From NCBI GenBank assembly GCA_965219445.1, contig CBDCNQ010000002.1, forward strand, positions 320,001 to 384,000: 64,000 nucleotides of DNA, written 5' to 3'. This DNA is from Longimicrobiales bacterium. Lineage in GTDB: Bacteria > Gemmatimonadota > Gemmatimonadetes > Longimicrobiales > Gaopeijiaceae. The notes beneath the pieces are model-generated. The model saw nothing but the letters and a program-made list of their open reading frames with translations. It ran no database searches and was not told where the DNA came from. Shown in pieces: positions 51,558 through 61,531 of the stretch (position 1 is its first letter; each line of letters begins with the position of its first letter). The position numbers and the translations under genes were made by a program.

Positions 51558-52802
51558 TCAGGCGGCATTTTTCCGCTGTTGGGTTGAGACGGGCTTTCCG
51601 TCTTCGAACTTTCTTCCTTCAAATACGTCCTTGAGGAGGTGAGGAGCGTCGAGCCTTCTGAAGCGCTTCTCCGCCACCAAGAGCAGCTTCCAGATCAGCG
51701 CCGTAGCGCTCTCGACCCGCTTGAAGCGCTTCGCCGCCGTTGTCCTGAGCCGTACTGCGGCAAAGGGGCTCTCGACCACGTTCGTCGTGCGTAGATGCTT
51801 CCAGTGGTCCTCGGGGAAGTCGTAGAACGCCACCATCCGCTCCCAGTCGTCCTCGAGTACATCCACCGCCTTCGGATACCACGGTCTGTAGCGCCTGGCG
51901 AACGCCTCACGGGCCTTCAGCGCCTCGGACCGCCTCGGTGCGTAGACCACGGTCCTGAGAAGGTCCTTCGCCTCGCTCTGCTCCCGCTGAGGCAGCCGGT
52001 CCAGCACGTTCCTCATCTTGTGGTTCCAGCACCGTTGCTCGCCCGCCTCAGGCCATACCTGCCGTACTGCGCCCCAGATCGCCGCGTTGCCGTCCGCCAT
52101 CAAAAGCCGGGGCGCCTCGATGCCGCGTGCCTTCAGATCCCGCAACACCTCGGACCAGGACTCGACCGACTCTCGGTAGCCCGATCTCAGGGCCAACACC
52201 TCCTTCGTACCATCTCGCATCGCACCGAGAACCACCAGCAGCGCTGCCTTGTCCCGCTCGAGCCCCGCCTTCACGTAGATCCCGTCCGCCCAGACGTAGA
52301 CGACCTCACGGTCGGCCAGCGAGCGCTTCGACCATTCCTCGAATTTCCTTGTCCATCCCGCCCGCAGCCGCCAAATCGAAGACTTCGACAACGGGGCCCC
52401 CTCGCCCAGCAGGCCCCGCATCGCCAGCTCGAAGTCTCCCTCCGCCAGCCCGTGCAGATACAGCTCCGGAAGCAGAGCACCCACCTCCTTCGTCCGTCGT
52501 GCGAACAACGGCAACACCCGACTCTCGAACCGCTCCTCAATGCCTCGAACCCGGGGCCGTCGGAGCATGATCGTGCCCGAGCTCATCGCCAGCCGCCGAG
52601 CCTTGCCGTAGCCGTTGCGGTAGCCTGGCGCCGGGTCTACGACCGTCTTCCGCTCCGACTTCTCCCGGCCGAGCAACTCCGTCACTTCCTCCTCCAGAAT
52701 CCGCTGGACCATCTCCTGGGCCTTCTCACGAACCAGCGCTTCCAAGCACTCCCACGTCGGCGTGCTGGACTCACTCTCGGGTCCCACCATATTCTTCCTC
52801 AC
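51558..52802 (-). CDS. IS256 family transposase
   Basis: YRNGY, WADGIY, ADG, QRCWNH, LRTTNVVES. Confidence 0.95.
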   Translation of the reverse strand: MRKNMVGPESESSTPTWECLEALVREKAQEMVQRILEEEVTELLGREKSERKTVVDPAPGYRNGYGKARRLAMSSGTIMLRRPRVRGIEERFESRVLPLFARRTKEVGALLPELYLHGLAEGDFELAMRGLLGEGAPLSKSSIWRLRAGWTRKFEEWSKRSLADREVVYVWADGIYVKAGLERDKAALLVVLGAMRDGTKEVLALRSGYRESVESWSEVLRDLKARGIEAPRLLMADGNAAIWGAVRQVWPEAGEQRCWNHKMRNVLDRLPQREQSEAKDLLRTVVYAPRRSEALKAREAFARRYRPWYPKAVDVLEDDWERMVAFYDFPEDHWKHLRTTNVVESPFAAVRLRTTAAKRFKRVESATALIWKLLLVAEKRFRRLDAPHLLKDVFEGRKFEDGKPVSTQQRKNAA

Positions 52803-53073
52803 GAGGCATCGTTCCTTTCCCCCGGGCGCTCACCCGGGATTCGCTGGTTAACTTCTTACTACCTAGCGGAAAGGTACGTCGCCTCTTTTTTTACACACCC
52901 TTCTATGGGGCTGGCGGTCAAGACGCACCTTCCCCACGCGCCGTCGGCTCATTTTTTGACCGTCGGCGTCCGCATGGTTTGGATTGCCCGGTCGACGACT
53001 CAGGGTGGGGAGGGGTGCGCTCGCAGGGTCCGCATCGCAGTCCGGAAGACGTTCACAGCCGTCGCGTTCTCCG

Positions 53074-53244
53074 CTCTGGAGCGGGAACCATCCTTCTATC
53101 TGGGACTCTGTGGCCCATCGCTTCGTTCGGCTCTCCAGGGGTGCATAGCCTTTGAGTGGGGGCTTGGGCTCTCTGCCCCGGCCCACGGTGTGTATGGATG
53201 CTGTCCCCTGTAACCGGTTCGCTTCCGTTTCGTCGGACCCCATG
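53074..53244 (-). ncRNA. Putative bridge RNA/seekRNA of IS110 copy 2 (ends approximate)
   Basis: Same sequence as 17970-18140. Confidence 0.72.
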
Positions 53245-53287
53245 TTGTGACCGCTTTCGACCCCACGCTCGCCGATCCCAGGCCGGT

Positions 53288-54343
53288 TTACTCCGTCGCT
53301 TCCAGTCTCTTGGGGTCGTACGCTTCGCCCGTGCGCCACACCGCTAGCACGATCGAGGCGAGCTGACGCGCGATCGTCAGCTTCGCCAGATTCGGCTTCG
53401 TGCCCCCCTCCAGGAGTCGCTCGTAGTGGCGGTACAAGGGCTCGTCCTCGGCCCGACCGATCACCGTCGTCGCTGCGCCCTTGAACACACGCTTCAGCGT
53501 GTGGTTGAAGTTCCGATTCAGCCCCCGCGTCTGCTGTACCGGTTCCCTTACCCACCGCCCACCCGGACCCCGCACCCAGTCCGACGAGCTCCGCATCACG
53601 ACGCCCAGTCCGCAGTACGCCCAGAACCTGCTCCGGCTCTGGAACCGGTACGGCGTCACCACCACCGGCAGGAGCTCCGCCGTCCGGATCGGACCCAGAC
53701 CCGGGCACGTCTTCAGCACATGCCACTCTCGATGCTTGCGTGCTTCCGCCAGCAACGCCTTCTCGGCCTTCGCCCTCAATGCCACGAGTGCGTCGTGCTC
53801 CTCGTACAGCAACCCGGCCGTCGTCCTGCTCGCTTCCGGCAGCTTGGCCAACCACTCCTCCCGGTCGCGCTTTAAGTAGACCGAGCGCCCCGCGCCGTAG
53901 GCCACTCCTCTCGAGCGCAGCACGCTCTTGAGCCGGTTCTTCACCCGCACCGTGTCGCCGACCAGGAAGTCGTAGCTCTTCGCCCGTTCCCCCAGCCGCC
54001 TGAACTGGCCCCGGTTCTTGTAGACCCTCGTCTCCAGTGATCCGATCCGCAGCTTCTCCGCCAGGGCAAACGCGTCCAGCTTGTCGGTCTTCGGGCCCCG
54101 GCTCTTGCCGACCCCCGCCACCGTCAGCTCCTCCACGTGCGGCTCCAGCACCTCGTACAGCCACCCCGACAGCGTCCCTTCTTCCAGGCATAAGTGCCGG
54201 TTCCTCGGAATCCCTCGCAGCACCTCGATCAGCGCCCGCGCGTTCGTTTCCACCACCTGCGAGCCCAAGCGCTTGCCGCTGGGGCCTACAATCCCCAGCG
54301 TGCAGCTCGACGCGTGTGCGTCGAGTCCGATATATCTCTCCAT
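53288..54343 (-). CDS. IS110 family transposase/recombinase
   Basis: One visible amino-acid difference (N/D) from 16871-17926. Confidence 0.94.
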   Translation of the reverse strand: MERYIGLDAHASSCTLGIVGPSGKRLGSQVVETNARALIEVLRGIPRNRHLCLEEGTLSGWLYEVLEPHVEELTVAGVGKSRGPKTDKLDAFALAEKLRIGSLETRVYKNRGQFRRLGERAKSYDFLVGDTVRVKNRLKSVLRSRGVAYGAGRSVYLKRDREEWLAKLPEASRTTAGLLYEEHDALVALRAKAEKALLAEARKHREWHVLKTCPGLGPIRTAELLPVVVTPYRFQSRSRFWAYCGLGVVMRSSSDWVRGPGGRWVREPVQQTRGLNRNFNHTLKRVFKGAATTVIGRAEDEPLYRHYERLLEGGTKPNLAKLTIARQLASIVLAVWRTGEAYDPKRLEATE

Positions 54344-54547
54344 CGGCGTTCTCCTCTTGGATAGGTGGGTTGCTTCCTTGCGCGAATAATGATGAACGCG
54401 CACCCGTTCCCGGAGGAGAACGCCTCTTCGTCTTCGGGCTGCTTAGCTGCTGATCGGTACCGGTAGCGGTCGCCATGCCCCTATGATGCCTTTGATCCTA
54501 GCTCAAGGACATGAACCAAAGCGCCTAGCTCAGAGATTCCAATAGCG

Positions 54548-54581
54548 AGACGCCCACCCCCATCGTTCGGAGGTGGCCGTC
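54548..54581. repeat. 34-bp hairpin repeat, copy 2
   Basis: Identical to 50986-51019. Confidence 0.85.
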
Positions 54582-54747
54582 TTCTCGTTCAGTGGAGCGA
54601 CAAGCTACGTTGGGTGGGTGGGCCGAAGGACATACGGGCCGCGCAGGAACGTTTGGTGTTGAGAGGACGTCGCGGGCTGCTACAAGACTAATAGCCCCGG
54701 CCCTTCCGCTCGCTAGCCCAGGCCCATACCATCTCCGGCAGAGAATC

Positions 54748-56148
54748 ATGTCACAGTTCAGGATACTGCGGTACGGTCTTCTGCTGTCGGCCGTGATGTT
54801 TGCGGTGGCGTGTGCACCGGAGGGTGGGCCACCACAGACGACCGGCAACGTGATTTGGTTCGTGGGAGCGCGGCTGATCGTCGGCGACGGTGAGGCACCC
54901 ATCGAGAACTCCGCGTTTCTCGTGGAGGGTGACCGCTTCACATGGGTCGGCCGGCAGGGTGATAGAGAACCCCCTGACGGTTCTGTCCATGTGGACCTGA
55001 CCGGCAAGACCGTGATGCCGGCCTTGATCGACGCTCACAACCATATCGGGCTCACCAACGTCAGGGACGGCACCAACAGTAAGGACAATTACACGCGCGA
55101 GAACCTCATCGACCACCTGCAGCGGTTCGCGTACCACGGCGTTGCGGCCTCGATGAGCCTGGGTCTGGAGTTCGACGAGGAGCTGGCCTTCCGGATGCGG
55201 GACGAGGTGATCCCGAACGCGGCGCTCTTCCTCACGTCGGGTCGTGGAATCGCCGCGACGCCCATGGCGGGCCCCACGTCGGAGTATCGCCTCGGGATTC
55301 CACGCGGTGCCATGACCGAAGCCGAGGGCAGGACCGCGGTACAGGAGCTACATGCCAACGGTGTGGATCTCGTCAAGATCTGGGTCGACGACCGAGGGGG
55401 AAGGGTCCCGAAGCTGCAGCCCGGTGTGTACCGGGCGATCATCGACGAAGCGCACGAGAACGGTATGCGGGTCGTCGCCCACGTCGGTACGACAAGTGCC
55501 CTGGCGGACGCGAAGGACCTTCTCCGGGCCGGAGTCGACGGCTTCGCTCATACGGTTCGTGATCGGCCCATCGATGACGAATACATGGCGTTGGTCAGGC
55601 AGTACCCGGAAGTCTGGACCATCCCGAACCTGCCGGGCTCGCCCGTGACCGCGGCCGACCTCGCGTGGCTGAGCGCGACACTGCCGCCCGCCGAGATCGA
55701 GAGGCTGCGCAACCAGCTCGAGCGGCTACCCGACGGGATCGAGAGGCTAGGCGACCAGATCGAGCCCATAGAGGCTGTGGGAAATCCACAGTTCCAACTC
55801 CAGTGCCGCAACCTGGGAAGGAACCTGGAAGCGGGTATGATCATCGGCATGGGAACCGACTCCGGAACGAGCGTCGCCTGGACCGTTCATACCGAGCTGA
55901 GGGACATGGTCTCGTGTGGACTTAGTCTCATGCAAGCGATCGTAGCGGCGACCCGGACCAGCGCAGAGATTCTCGGCCTCGATCGGCTAGGGATGGTGGC
56001 ACCGGAAAAGAGCGCCGACTTCGTGGTGCTCGACGCGAATCCTCTGAACGATATCACCAACACGCGACTGATCTCCCAGGTCTATCTGCGGGGTGAGGAA
56101 GTCGACCGTGCGGCGCTGAGGGCTGGGTTCATGAATGGCGTTAGGTGA
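54748..56148 (+). CDS. Amidohydrolase family lipoprotein
   Basis: MPALIDAHNH, VKIWVDD, AH, GTDSG, ADFVVLDANPL; lipobox AVAC. Confidence 0.88.
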   Translation: MSQFRILRYGLLLSAVMFAVACAPEGGPPQTTGNVIWFVGARLIVGDGEAPIENSAFLVEGDRFTWVGRQGDREPPDGSVHVDLTGKTVMPALIDAHNHIGLTNVRDGTNSKDNYTRENLIDHLQRFAYHGVAASMSLGLEFDEELAFRMRDEVIPNAALFLTSGRGIAATPMAGPTSEYRLGIPRGAMTEAEGRTAVQELHANGVDLVKIWVDDRGGRVPKLQPGVYRAIIDEAHENGMRVVAHVGTTSALADAKDLLRAGVDGFAHTVRDRPIDDEYMALVRQYPEVWTIPNLPGSPVTAADLAWLSATLPPAEIERLRNQLERLPDGIERLGDQIEPIEAVGNPQFQLQCRNLGRNLEAGMIIGMGTDSGTSVAWTVHTELRDMVSCGLSLMQAIVAATRTSAEILGLDRLGMVAPEKSADFVVLDANPLNDITNTRLISQVYLRGEEVDRAALRAGFMNGVR

Positions 56149-56226
56149 GGGAGGATTGGCCGAGACGCTAGCTCGTCAGCTTCTCTAGCTTGCAGTCTCA
56201 CACCAGGCAGGCGCATTTTGTCCGCC

Positions 56227-56463
56227 ATGTCCGATCCCGCCTCCCGCCTGAACGCAGCCCTCGAAGGCCGCTACGCCATTGAGCGTGAGCTGGGTGAGGG
56301 TGGCATGGCCACGGTCTACCTGGCCGACGACCTCAAGCACAACCGCAACGTAGCCCTCAAGGTCTTGAAGCCTGAGTTGGCTGCGGTTGTCGGGGCCGAG
56401 CGGTTCCTGGCGGAGATCCAGGTCACCGCCAACCTCCAACATCCGCACATCCTGCTACATTGA
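56227..56463 (+). pseudogene. Ser/Thr kinase N-terminal fragment (paralog of 41315)
   Basis: [16 protein letters not shown]...GEGGMATVY...VALK...LQHPHIL, then abrupt end. Confidence 0.88.
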
Positions 56464-56492
56464 CTGTCTCCACCCTGAAATAGGTAGGGCGG

Positions 56493-58823
56493 ATGAAGAA
56501 CCTGGAGGCCCGCGTGTCATTTTCTCTCCTGGCCCTCATCGCCGCGCTGGCCATGTGGTCACCGGTTTCGACGGACGGTCAGGCCAGACGCTCCGGCGAA
56601 GCTCGACTGTCTTCGGACGCCAGGCTGAACCCGCCAGGGCCGGTGGCGTCGGCCACGATAACGCGTACGGACAACGGGCGGGCCACGGTTCGGGCCGTCA
56701 GGCTTTCGGAGCCGCTGAACGTGGACGGAGTCCTGGATGAAGCTGCGTACCAGACACCGCCGATCAGCGGGTTCCTCCAGACCCTCCCCCTAGAGGGGGA
56801 GCCGGCGACGGAGAGGACGGACGCCTGGGTGTTCTATGATGACGACAACATTTATCTCGTGTGCCGCTGTTGGGACTCGGCGCCGCCCGAAGAGTGGATC
56901 GCCAATGAGATGCGCCGCGATACGAACGGTTTGCAGCAGAACGATTTCTTCGGTGCGCTCTTCGACACGTTCCTCGATCGCCGCAACGGGTTCAACTTTT
57001 ATACGAATCCGCTCGCGGCCCGCGCAGACGAGTGGATTACGGACGAGGGGAACCCGAACTCGGACTGGAACCCGGTCTGGTCCGTCCGGACCGGCCGCTT
57101 CGAGGGCGGCTGGACGGCGGAGATGGCGATTCCCTTCAAGTCCCTCCGGTACGTTTCCGGTGAGGACCAGACCTGGGGGATCCAGATTCGGCGGGCCATT
57201 CGGCGAAAAAACGAGTTCGCATATCTCACGTTCGTCCCGGCTTCGACCGGCGGCACGTCGAGCATTTTCCGCGTCTCCGCCGCAGCAGATCTGGTTGGCC
57301 TCGACCTGCCTCCGGCGGGGAGGAACATCGAAATCAAGCCGTACGCAATTTCGAGCCTGACCTCGGACCTAACTCAGGACCCGGTGATCGACAATGACGC
57401 CGACGGAGATTTCGGGCTCGACCTCAAGTACGGCATTACCGCCAACATCACGGCGGACCTCACCTACAACACGGACTTCGCCCAGGTGGAGGTGGACGAA
57501 CGACAGGTTAACCTCAGCCGTTCGAGCCTCTTCTTTCCTGAGAAACGGGAGTTCTTTCTCGAGGGCCGAGGGGTATTCGACTTCGGTAGCCGTGGTTTTA
57601 GGGGTGGTGGAGGTGGTGGAGGTGGTGGTGGTTTTGCTCGTGTCTCCCCTACGCCCTTCTATTCGCGACGGATTGGGCTGAGTGGCGCTAACGCAGTTCC
57701 GATCCTCGGCGGCGGGCGGGTGACCGGCAAGGCGGGGCGCCTGAACTTCGGGCTCATGAACCTGCAAACGGACGACATAGATGGAGTCACACCGAAGACC
57801 AATTTCAGCGTGGTGCGGGTCAAGCGGGACGTCCTACGCCGCAGCAGTATCGGCGCGCTCTTCACGAATCGGTCGAAATCGGTGGCGGTCGAGGGCACGA
57901 ATCAGGTGTACGGTGTCGACGGCACCTTCAACTTCGGCCAGGATGTCAGCTTCGGCGGGTTCTACGCGCAGTCCCGTACGCCCGGCCTGAACAACGACAA
58001 CGAGAGCTATGTGGGCCGGGCCAACTACGGCGGAGACCGGTATGGGCTGAATGCCGATTATACCGTGGTGGGGGACAACTTCAATCCTGAAATCGGTCTT
58101 GTCCGCCGCGATGACTTCAGCCGGTTTTCTACGTCGGCGCGGTTCAGCCCACGCCCGCGGTCGATCGACGCGATACGGCAGTTCAGATTGACGGGTGGCT
58201 ATGCGCGTATTGAGAGCCTGGACGGGGGAGTGCTCGAGACCGAAGGCTGGAACGGTGGCGTCAGCGTCGAGTTCGAGAACAGCGACCAGGTGGCGGTGTC
58301 GGGTATCGTCCTTTTCGAACGACTCGATGAGCCTCTTCGGGTTTCGAGCGCTGTCTCGGTTCCAGTGGGTGATTACGACTTCAAGAGCGTCACGTTCCTG
58401 TACGGCCTCGGCGCACAGCGTACGGTGTCGGGGTCCTTTTCTTTCCAGATCGGCGAGTTCTACGACGGCACGATCAGATCGGTAGCGTACAGACGAGGGC
58501 GCATCTCGGTGTCCGATCGGTTCTCGTTGGAGCCCAGCGTTTCGTTCAACGACGTGAAGCTGCCGGCCGGTGATTTCACGACCAACGTGTTTGGTCTGCG
58601 GGCCGACTGGGCGTTCACGCCGTTGATGTTCGTGGGAGGGTTGGTCCAGTACGACTCGGACAGCGACTCGTTCAGCAGCAATTTCCGGTTCCGGTGGGAG
58701 TATGCCCCCGGCAGCGAGTTCTTTGCGGTTTACACCGATGAGCGGACCACCCTGGGGGGCGGCTACCCGGACCTCCAAAACCGAGCCTTTGTGCTCAAGA
58801 TCAACAGACTCTTACGGTTCTAG
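56493..58823 (+). CDS. CBM9-like/DUF5916 outer-membrane protein
   Basis: DGVLDE, WTAEMAIPFKSLRY, NTDFAQVEVD, FPEKREFFLEG, YSRRIG. Confidence 0.85.
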   Translation: MKNLEARVSFSLLALIAALAMWSPVSTDGQARRSGEARLSSDARLNPPGPVASATITRTDNGRATVRAVRLSEPLNVDGVLDEAAYQTPPISGFLQTLPLEGEPATERTDAWVFYDDDNIYLVCRCWDSAPPEEWIANEMRRDTNGLQQNDFFGALFDTFLDRRNGFNFYTNPLAARADEWITDEGNPNSDWNPVWSVRTGRFEGGWTAEMAIPFKSLRYVSGEDQTWGIQIRRAIRRKNEFAYLTFVPASTGGTSSIFRVSAAADLVGLDLPPAGRNIEIKPYAISSLTSDLTQDPVIDNDADGDFGLDLKYGITANITADLTYNTDFAQVEVDERQVNLSRSSLFFPEKREFFLEGRGVFDFGSRGFRGGGGGGGGGGFARVSPTPFYSRRIGLSGANAVPILGGGRVTGKAGRLNFGLMNLQTDDIDGVTPKTNFSVVRVKRDVLRRSSIGALFTNRSKSVAVEGTNQVYGVDGTFNFGQDVSFGGFYAQSRTPGLNNDNESYVGRANYGGDRYGLNADYTVVGDNFNPEIGLVRRDDFSRFSTSARFSPRPRSIDAIRQFRLTGGYARIESLDGGVLETEGWNGGVSVEFENSDQVAVSGIVLFERLDEPLRVSSAVSVPVGDYDFKSVTFLYGLGAQRTVSGSFSFQIGEFYDGTIRSVAYRRGRISVSDRFSLEPSVSFNDVKLPAGDFTTNVFGLRADWAFTPLMFVGGLVQYDSDSDSFSSNFRFRWEYAPGSEFFAVYTDERTTLGGGYPDLQNRAFVLKINRLLRF

Positions 58824-58899
58824 CCGCGACGCCCGAGAGAACGAGTGGCCACAGATCGAAGTGTTGGCGCAAAATTTTGATCCAGTGCGGGTCACCGGT

Positions 58900-60119
58900 G
58901 AGGGAAGCTGGATCAAAGCGGTTCACCATCGTTGTGTACGAACGCGAACCCGGCGGGACGCTTTACGGTCGGGTGTGGGACCCCAACAAGTCCCGTGGGG
59001 AGAAGAAGGGGGACTGGAAAAGAAGGTCCCTTGGCCATCGGGACCGAGAGGCTGCGAAAGCCTACGCCCTGCAGCAGGCCGGTAAGCTCAGAAAAGGCGA
59101 CGCTGAGACTCAGCGGGGAGAGGTGACCCTAACTTAGGTTTTCGCACTATACGAGCGTCACCGAACCCCTCGAAAGAGCCTGAAGGAGCAGAAGGCCGAC
59201 ACTCGACGTATCGAACTATGGACCCCGCGTTCTTGGGGCCGAGAAGAACCCTCAAAAGGTCTCGCTGTCCGAATGGGAACGGTTCATCGATTCCCGGACC
59301 TCTGGTCAAATCGACGCGAGAGGGAAGAGGGTCTCGGGGGCGAAGGGACGGCGAGTCAGGACCCGGAATGTTGAGGCCGATCTCAAATGGCTTCGGTGGG
59401 TGTTCAATTGGGCAGCGAAGTGCTGTACACCGCAGGGGCAGTACCCGATGCGGGAGAACCCAGTCCGAGGTTTCGAAATTCCCACTGAGAAGAACCCAAT
59501 GCGTCCGGTGGCTTCGACGGATCGGTACGAAGCGATACGAAAAATCAGCGACCTGCACCAGATGGAAATACGCTGGAATGGGAAACGTGAGAAGCAACGA
59601 AGTTACCTGTCGGAACTCCTCGATATCGTGAACGGCACGGGGAGACGAATCTCAGCCGTCTGTCAGCTTCGATATGAGGATATCCGATTGGCTGAAGGGC
59701 CTTACGGGTCGATTCGCTGGCCTGCTGATTTAGACAAGGAAGGTCGGGAGAGTTGCGTACCAATCAACCCAAACGTTCGACGTGCTTTAGACCAGGTGCT
59801 ACGAGACCGGCCTGGAATCGGATCTGCGCCCCTATTCCCCAAACCCACAGATCGTTCAGTTCCATTAACCATTCACCTCGCCTCGAAATGGCTTAGAGAG
59901 GGTGAGAAGCTCGCGGGACTCCAGACCCAAAAGGGAAGCCTGTGGCACGCCTACCGTAGGAAATGGGTCACAGAGCGGAAGCATCTACCCGATGTTGACG
60001 TAGCTGCAGCAGGTGGCTGGAACGACACAGAGGCCCTCAAATCCGCCTACCAACAGGCAGATACCGAGACTATGTTACGTGTCGTGTTGGAGCCGGTTGA
60101 GTTGAGAGAGACCCGATGA
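58900..60119 (+). pseudogene. Tyrosine integrase with a stop and frameshifts in the 5' half
   Basis: TGRRISAV, DKEG, WHAYRR, GGW...SAYQQ; TAA at 59135-59137. Confidence 0.82.
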
Positions 60120-60216
60120 AGAACCCTCTTTCATGCACAGCTTCATGCACAGCCCTTCGGGTGCATGAGAACGGAAAGAGCCAGAAATGGCTTTCTGAAG
60201 GGAACGAAACACTACT

Positions 60217-60290
<74 letters not shown>

Positions 60291-60544
60291 CTTTGGTAAG
60301 TCAAAGCCCTGATTGTACTTAGGATGTTTGAGGAATTCAAGCATGAGAATGCCGCTCTTGGCATCCACGAAGGCTCTGACCCTGTTGCGCCTTTTCTCTC
60401 CCGCCAAATAGCTCCAGTGCAATTTCGATTCACCCATCATCAAGCTCCTTTCTTGATGACGGACTGCACGATTGCCGTTGCGCTTGGAAGGTGGTCGAAG
60501 GTGTCGGCTGCTGGCAAGACTTCGGATATTTTTCCGAGGCAGAT

Positions 60545-60950
60545 CGCGTTCCGCCATGAGTTCAACCACGAGCGGCCGCATGAGGCACTCCAGATGAAAG
60601 TCCCTGCGGAACTCTATCGGCCCTCTGACAGGCCGTACCCGAAGCACCTCAAATCCTTCATCTACCCCGGACACTACGAGGTCCGTAAGGTTAGCAGCAA
60701 CGGGGGTGTCCGCTGGAACACCCAGTGGCTCTGGGTCAGCCAGATTCTCGGCGGTCTCCACATCGGCCTAGAGGAGGTCGATCACCAAGCTTGGGACGTC
60801 TATTTCGGCCCTATTTTGCTCGGGAGGTTTTTGGAAAAAATCGGTCGCATCACTGACCCCCGAGGCCTTGTGATGCGTAACCCAAAAACTTAGAAAACTG
60901 TTACCTATCTCCCGGACTCAATCTGTTACCTATCTCCCCGGACCCTCACA
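60545..60950 (+). mobile_element. IS481-like 3' remnant
   Basis: FNHERPHEAL...VRKVSSNG; tandem CTGTTACCTATCTCCC(C)GGAC x2 at ~60898-60943. Confidence 0.75.
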
Positions 60951-61001
60951 CCTTCGCGAAAAGAGAGGACCTTGACTTTCCCCGATCTTGTAGAGCGACG
61001 G

Positions 61002-61433
61002 CTAACCCTCTCCGCTCCTGTCCTTGCGTACCGAGAACGCCCGGTCCCACAGCCAGTGTCCGTCAGACCGAATAAAGACCATTCCCTCGAACCAATTGGG
61101 CGACTCCCAACTGGTGTAGCCCACCTCGCCAACGATCCGGGTATTCAGATCCTCGAGCTCATATGTACCTAGAGGTCTTCCGTCTCGACTTGCCTCCATC
61201 TCACGAAGCAGGCCCTCGAATCCGTCCATATCGAAGCGCTGCCCGAAGATGATCATCTCGAACTCCCCCGTGGCGCCCTCGCGCATCGCCGAGTAGTTGA
61301 AGGCATGGCTGTAGTCGACGAATGCTTTCGCGGCGACCTCAACCTCGCTCGGGTCCAGGTCGGCAGGCTCATCACTCGGCCCGCACGCGGCGAGCATGCC
61401 ACAAAGGAGATAAAGTGTCACCCCGATCCTCAC
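61002..61433 (-). CDS. Hypothetical lipoprotein (possibly NTF2-like)
   Basis: Lipobox LAAC; alpha/beta pattern. Confidence 0.65.
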   Translation of the reverse strand: MRIGVTLYLLCGMLAACGPSDEPADLDPSEVEVAAKAFVDYSHAFNYSAMREGATGEFEMIIFGQRFDMDGFEGLLREMEASRDGRPLGTYELEDLNTRIVGEVGYTSWESPNWFEGMVFIRSDGHWLWDRAFSVRKDRSGEG

Positions 61434-61531
61434 GGCGTCCTCCTTACCGGTTGATACTAACCTCGTGGATCGCTGCGCGGCTCAGAGAGGGCGGAACCTG
61501 TCAACGCCAGTGAGACACTCTTGGAAATCAA

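Larger units (their letters stand above)
52899..54488 (-). mobile_element. IS110-family (IS1111-type) element, copy 2, 1590 bp
   Basis: Near-identical to 16726-18315, including the 3' non-coding region. Confidence 0.92.
51529..54504 (-). mobile_element. IS256-family element with IS110 inserted in one terminal IR
   Basis: 8-bp TSD AAGGACAT (51521-51528, 54505-54512); IRs GAGGTTGGGTCAATAGGTGTGTAAA and reconstructed GAGCTAGGATCAAAGGGTGTGTAAA. Confidence 0.88.

Noticed and set aside
41315..56463. Kinase paralog pieces as DGR template/variable repeats
   Set aside because: No reverse transcriptase in the window, and differences are not adenine-specific.
44000..58823. Integron cassette array
   Set aside because: Mostly co-oriented single genes, but no IntI and no recurring RYYYAAC...GTTRRRY attC sites.
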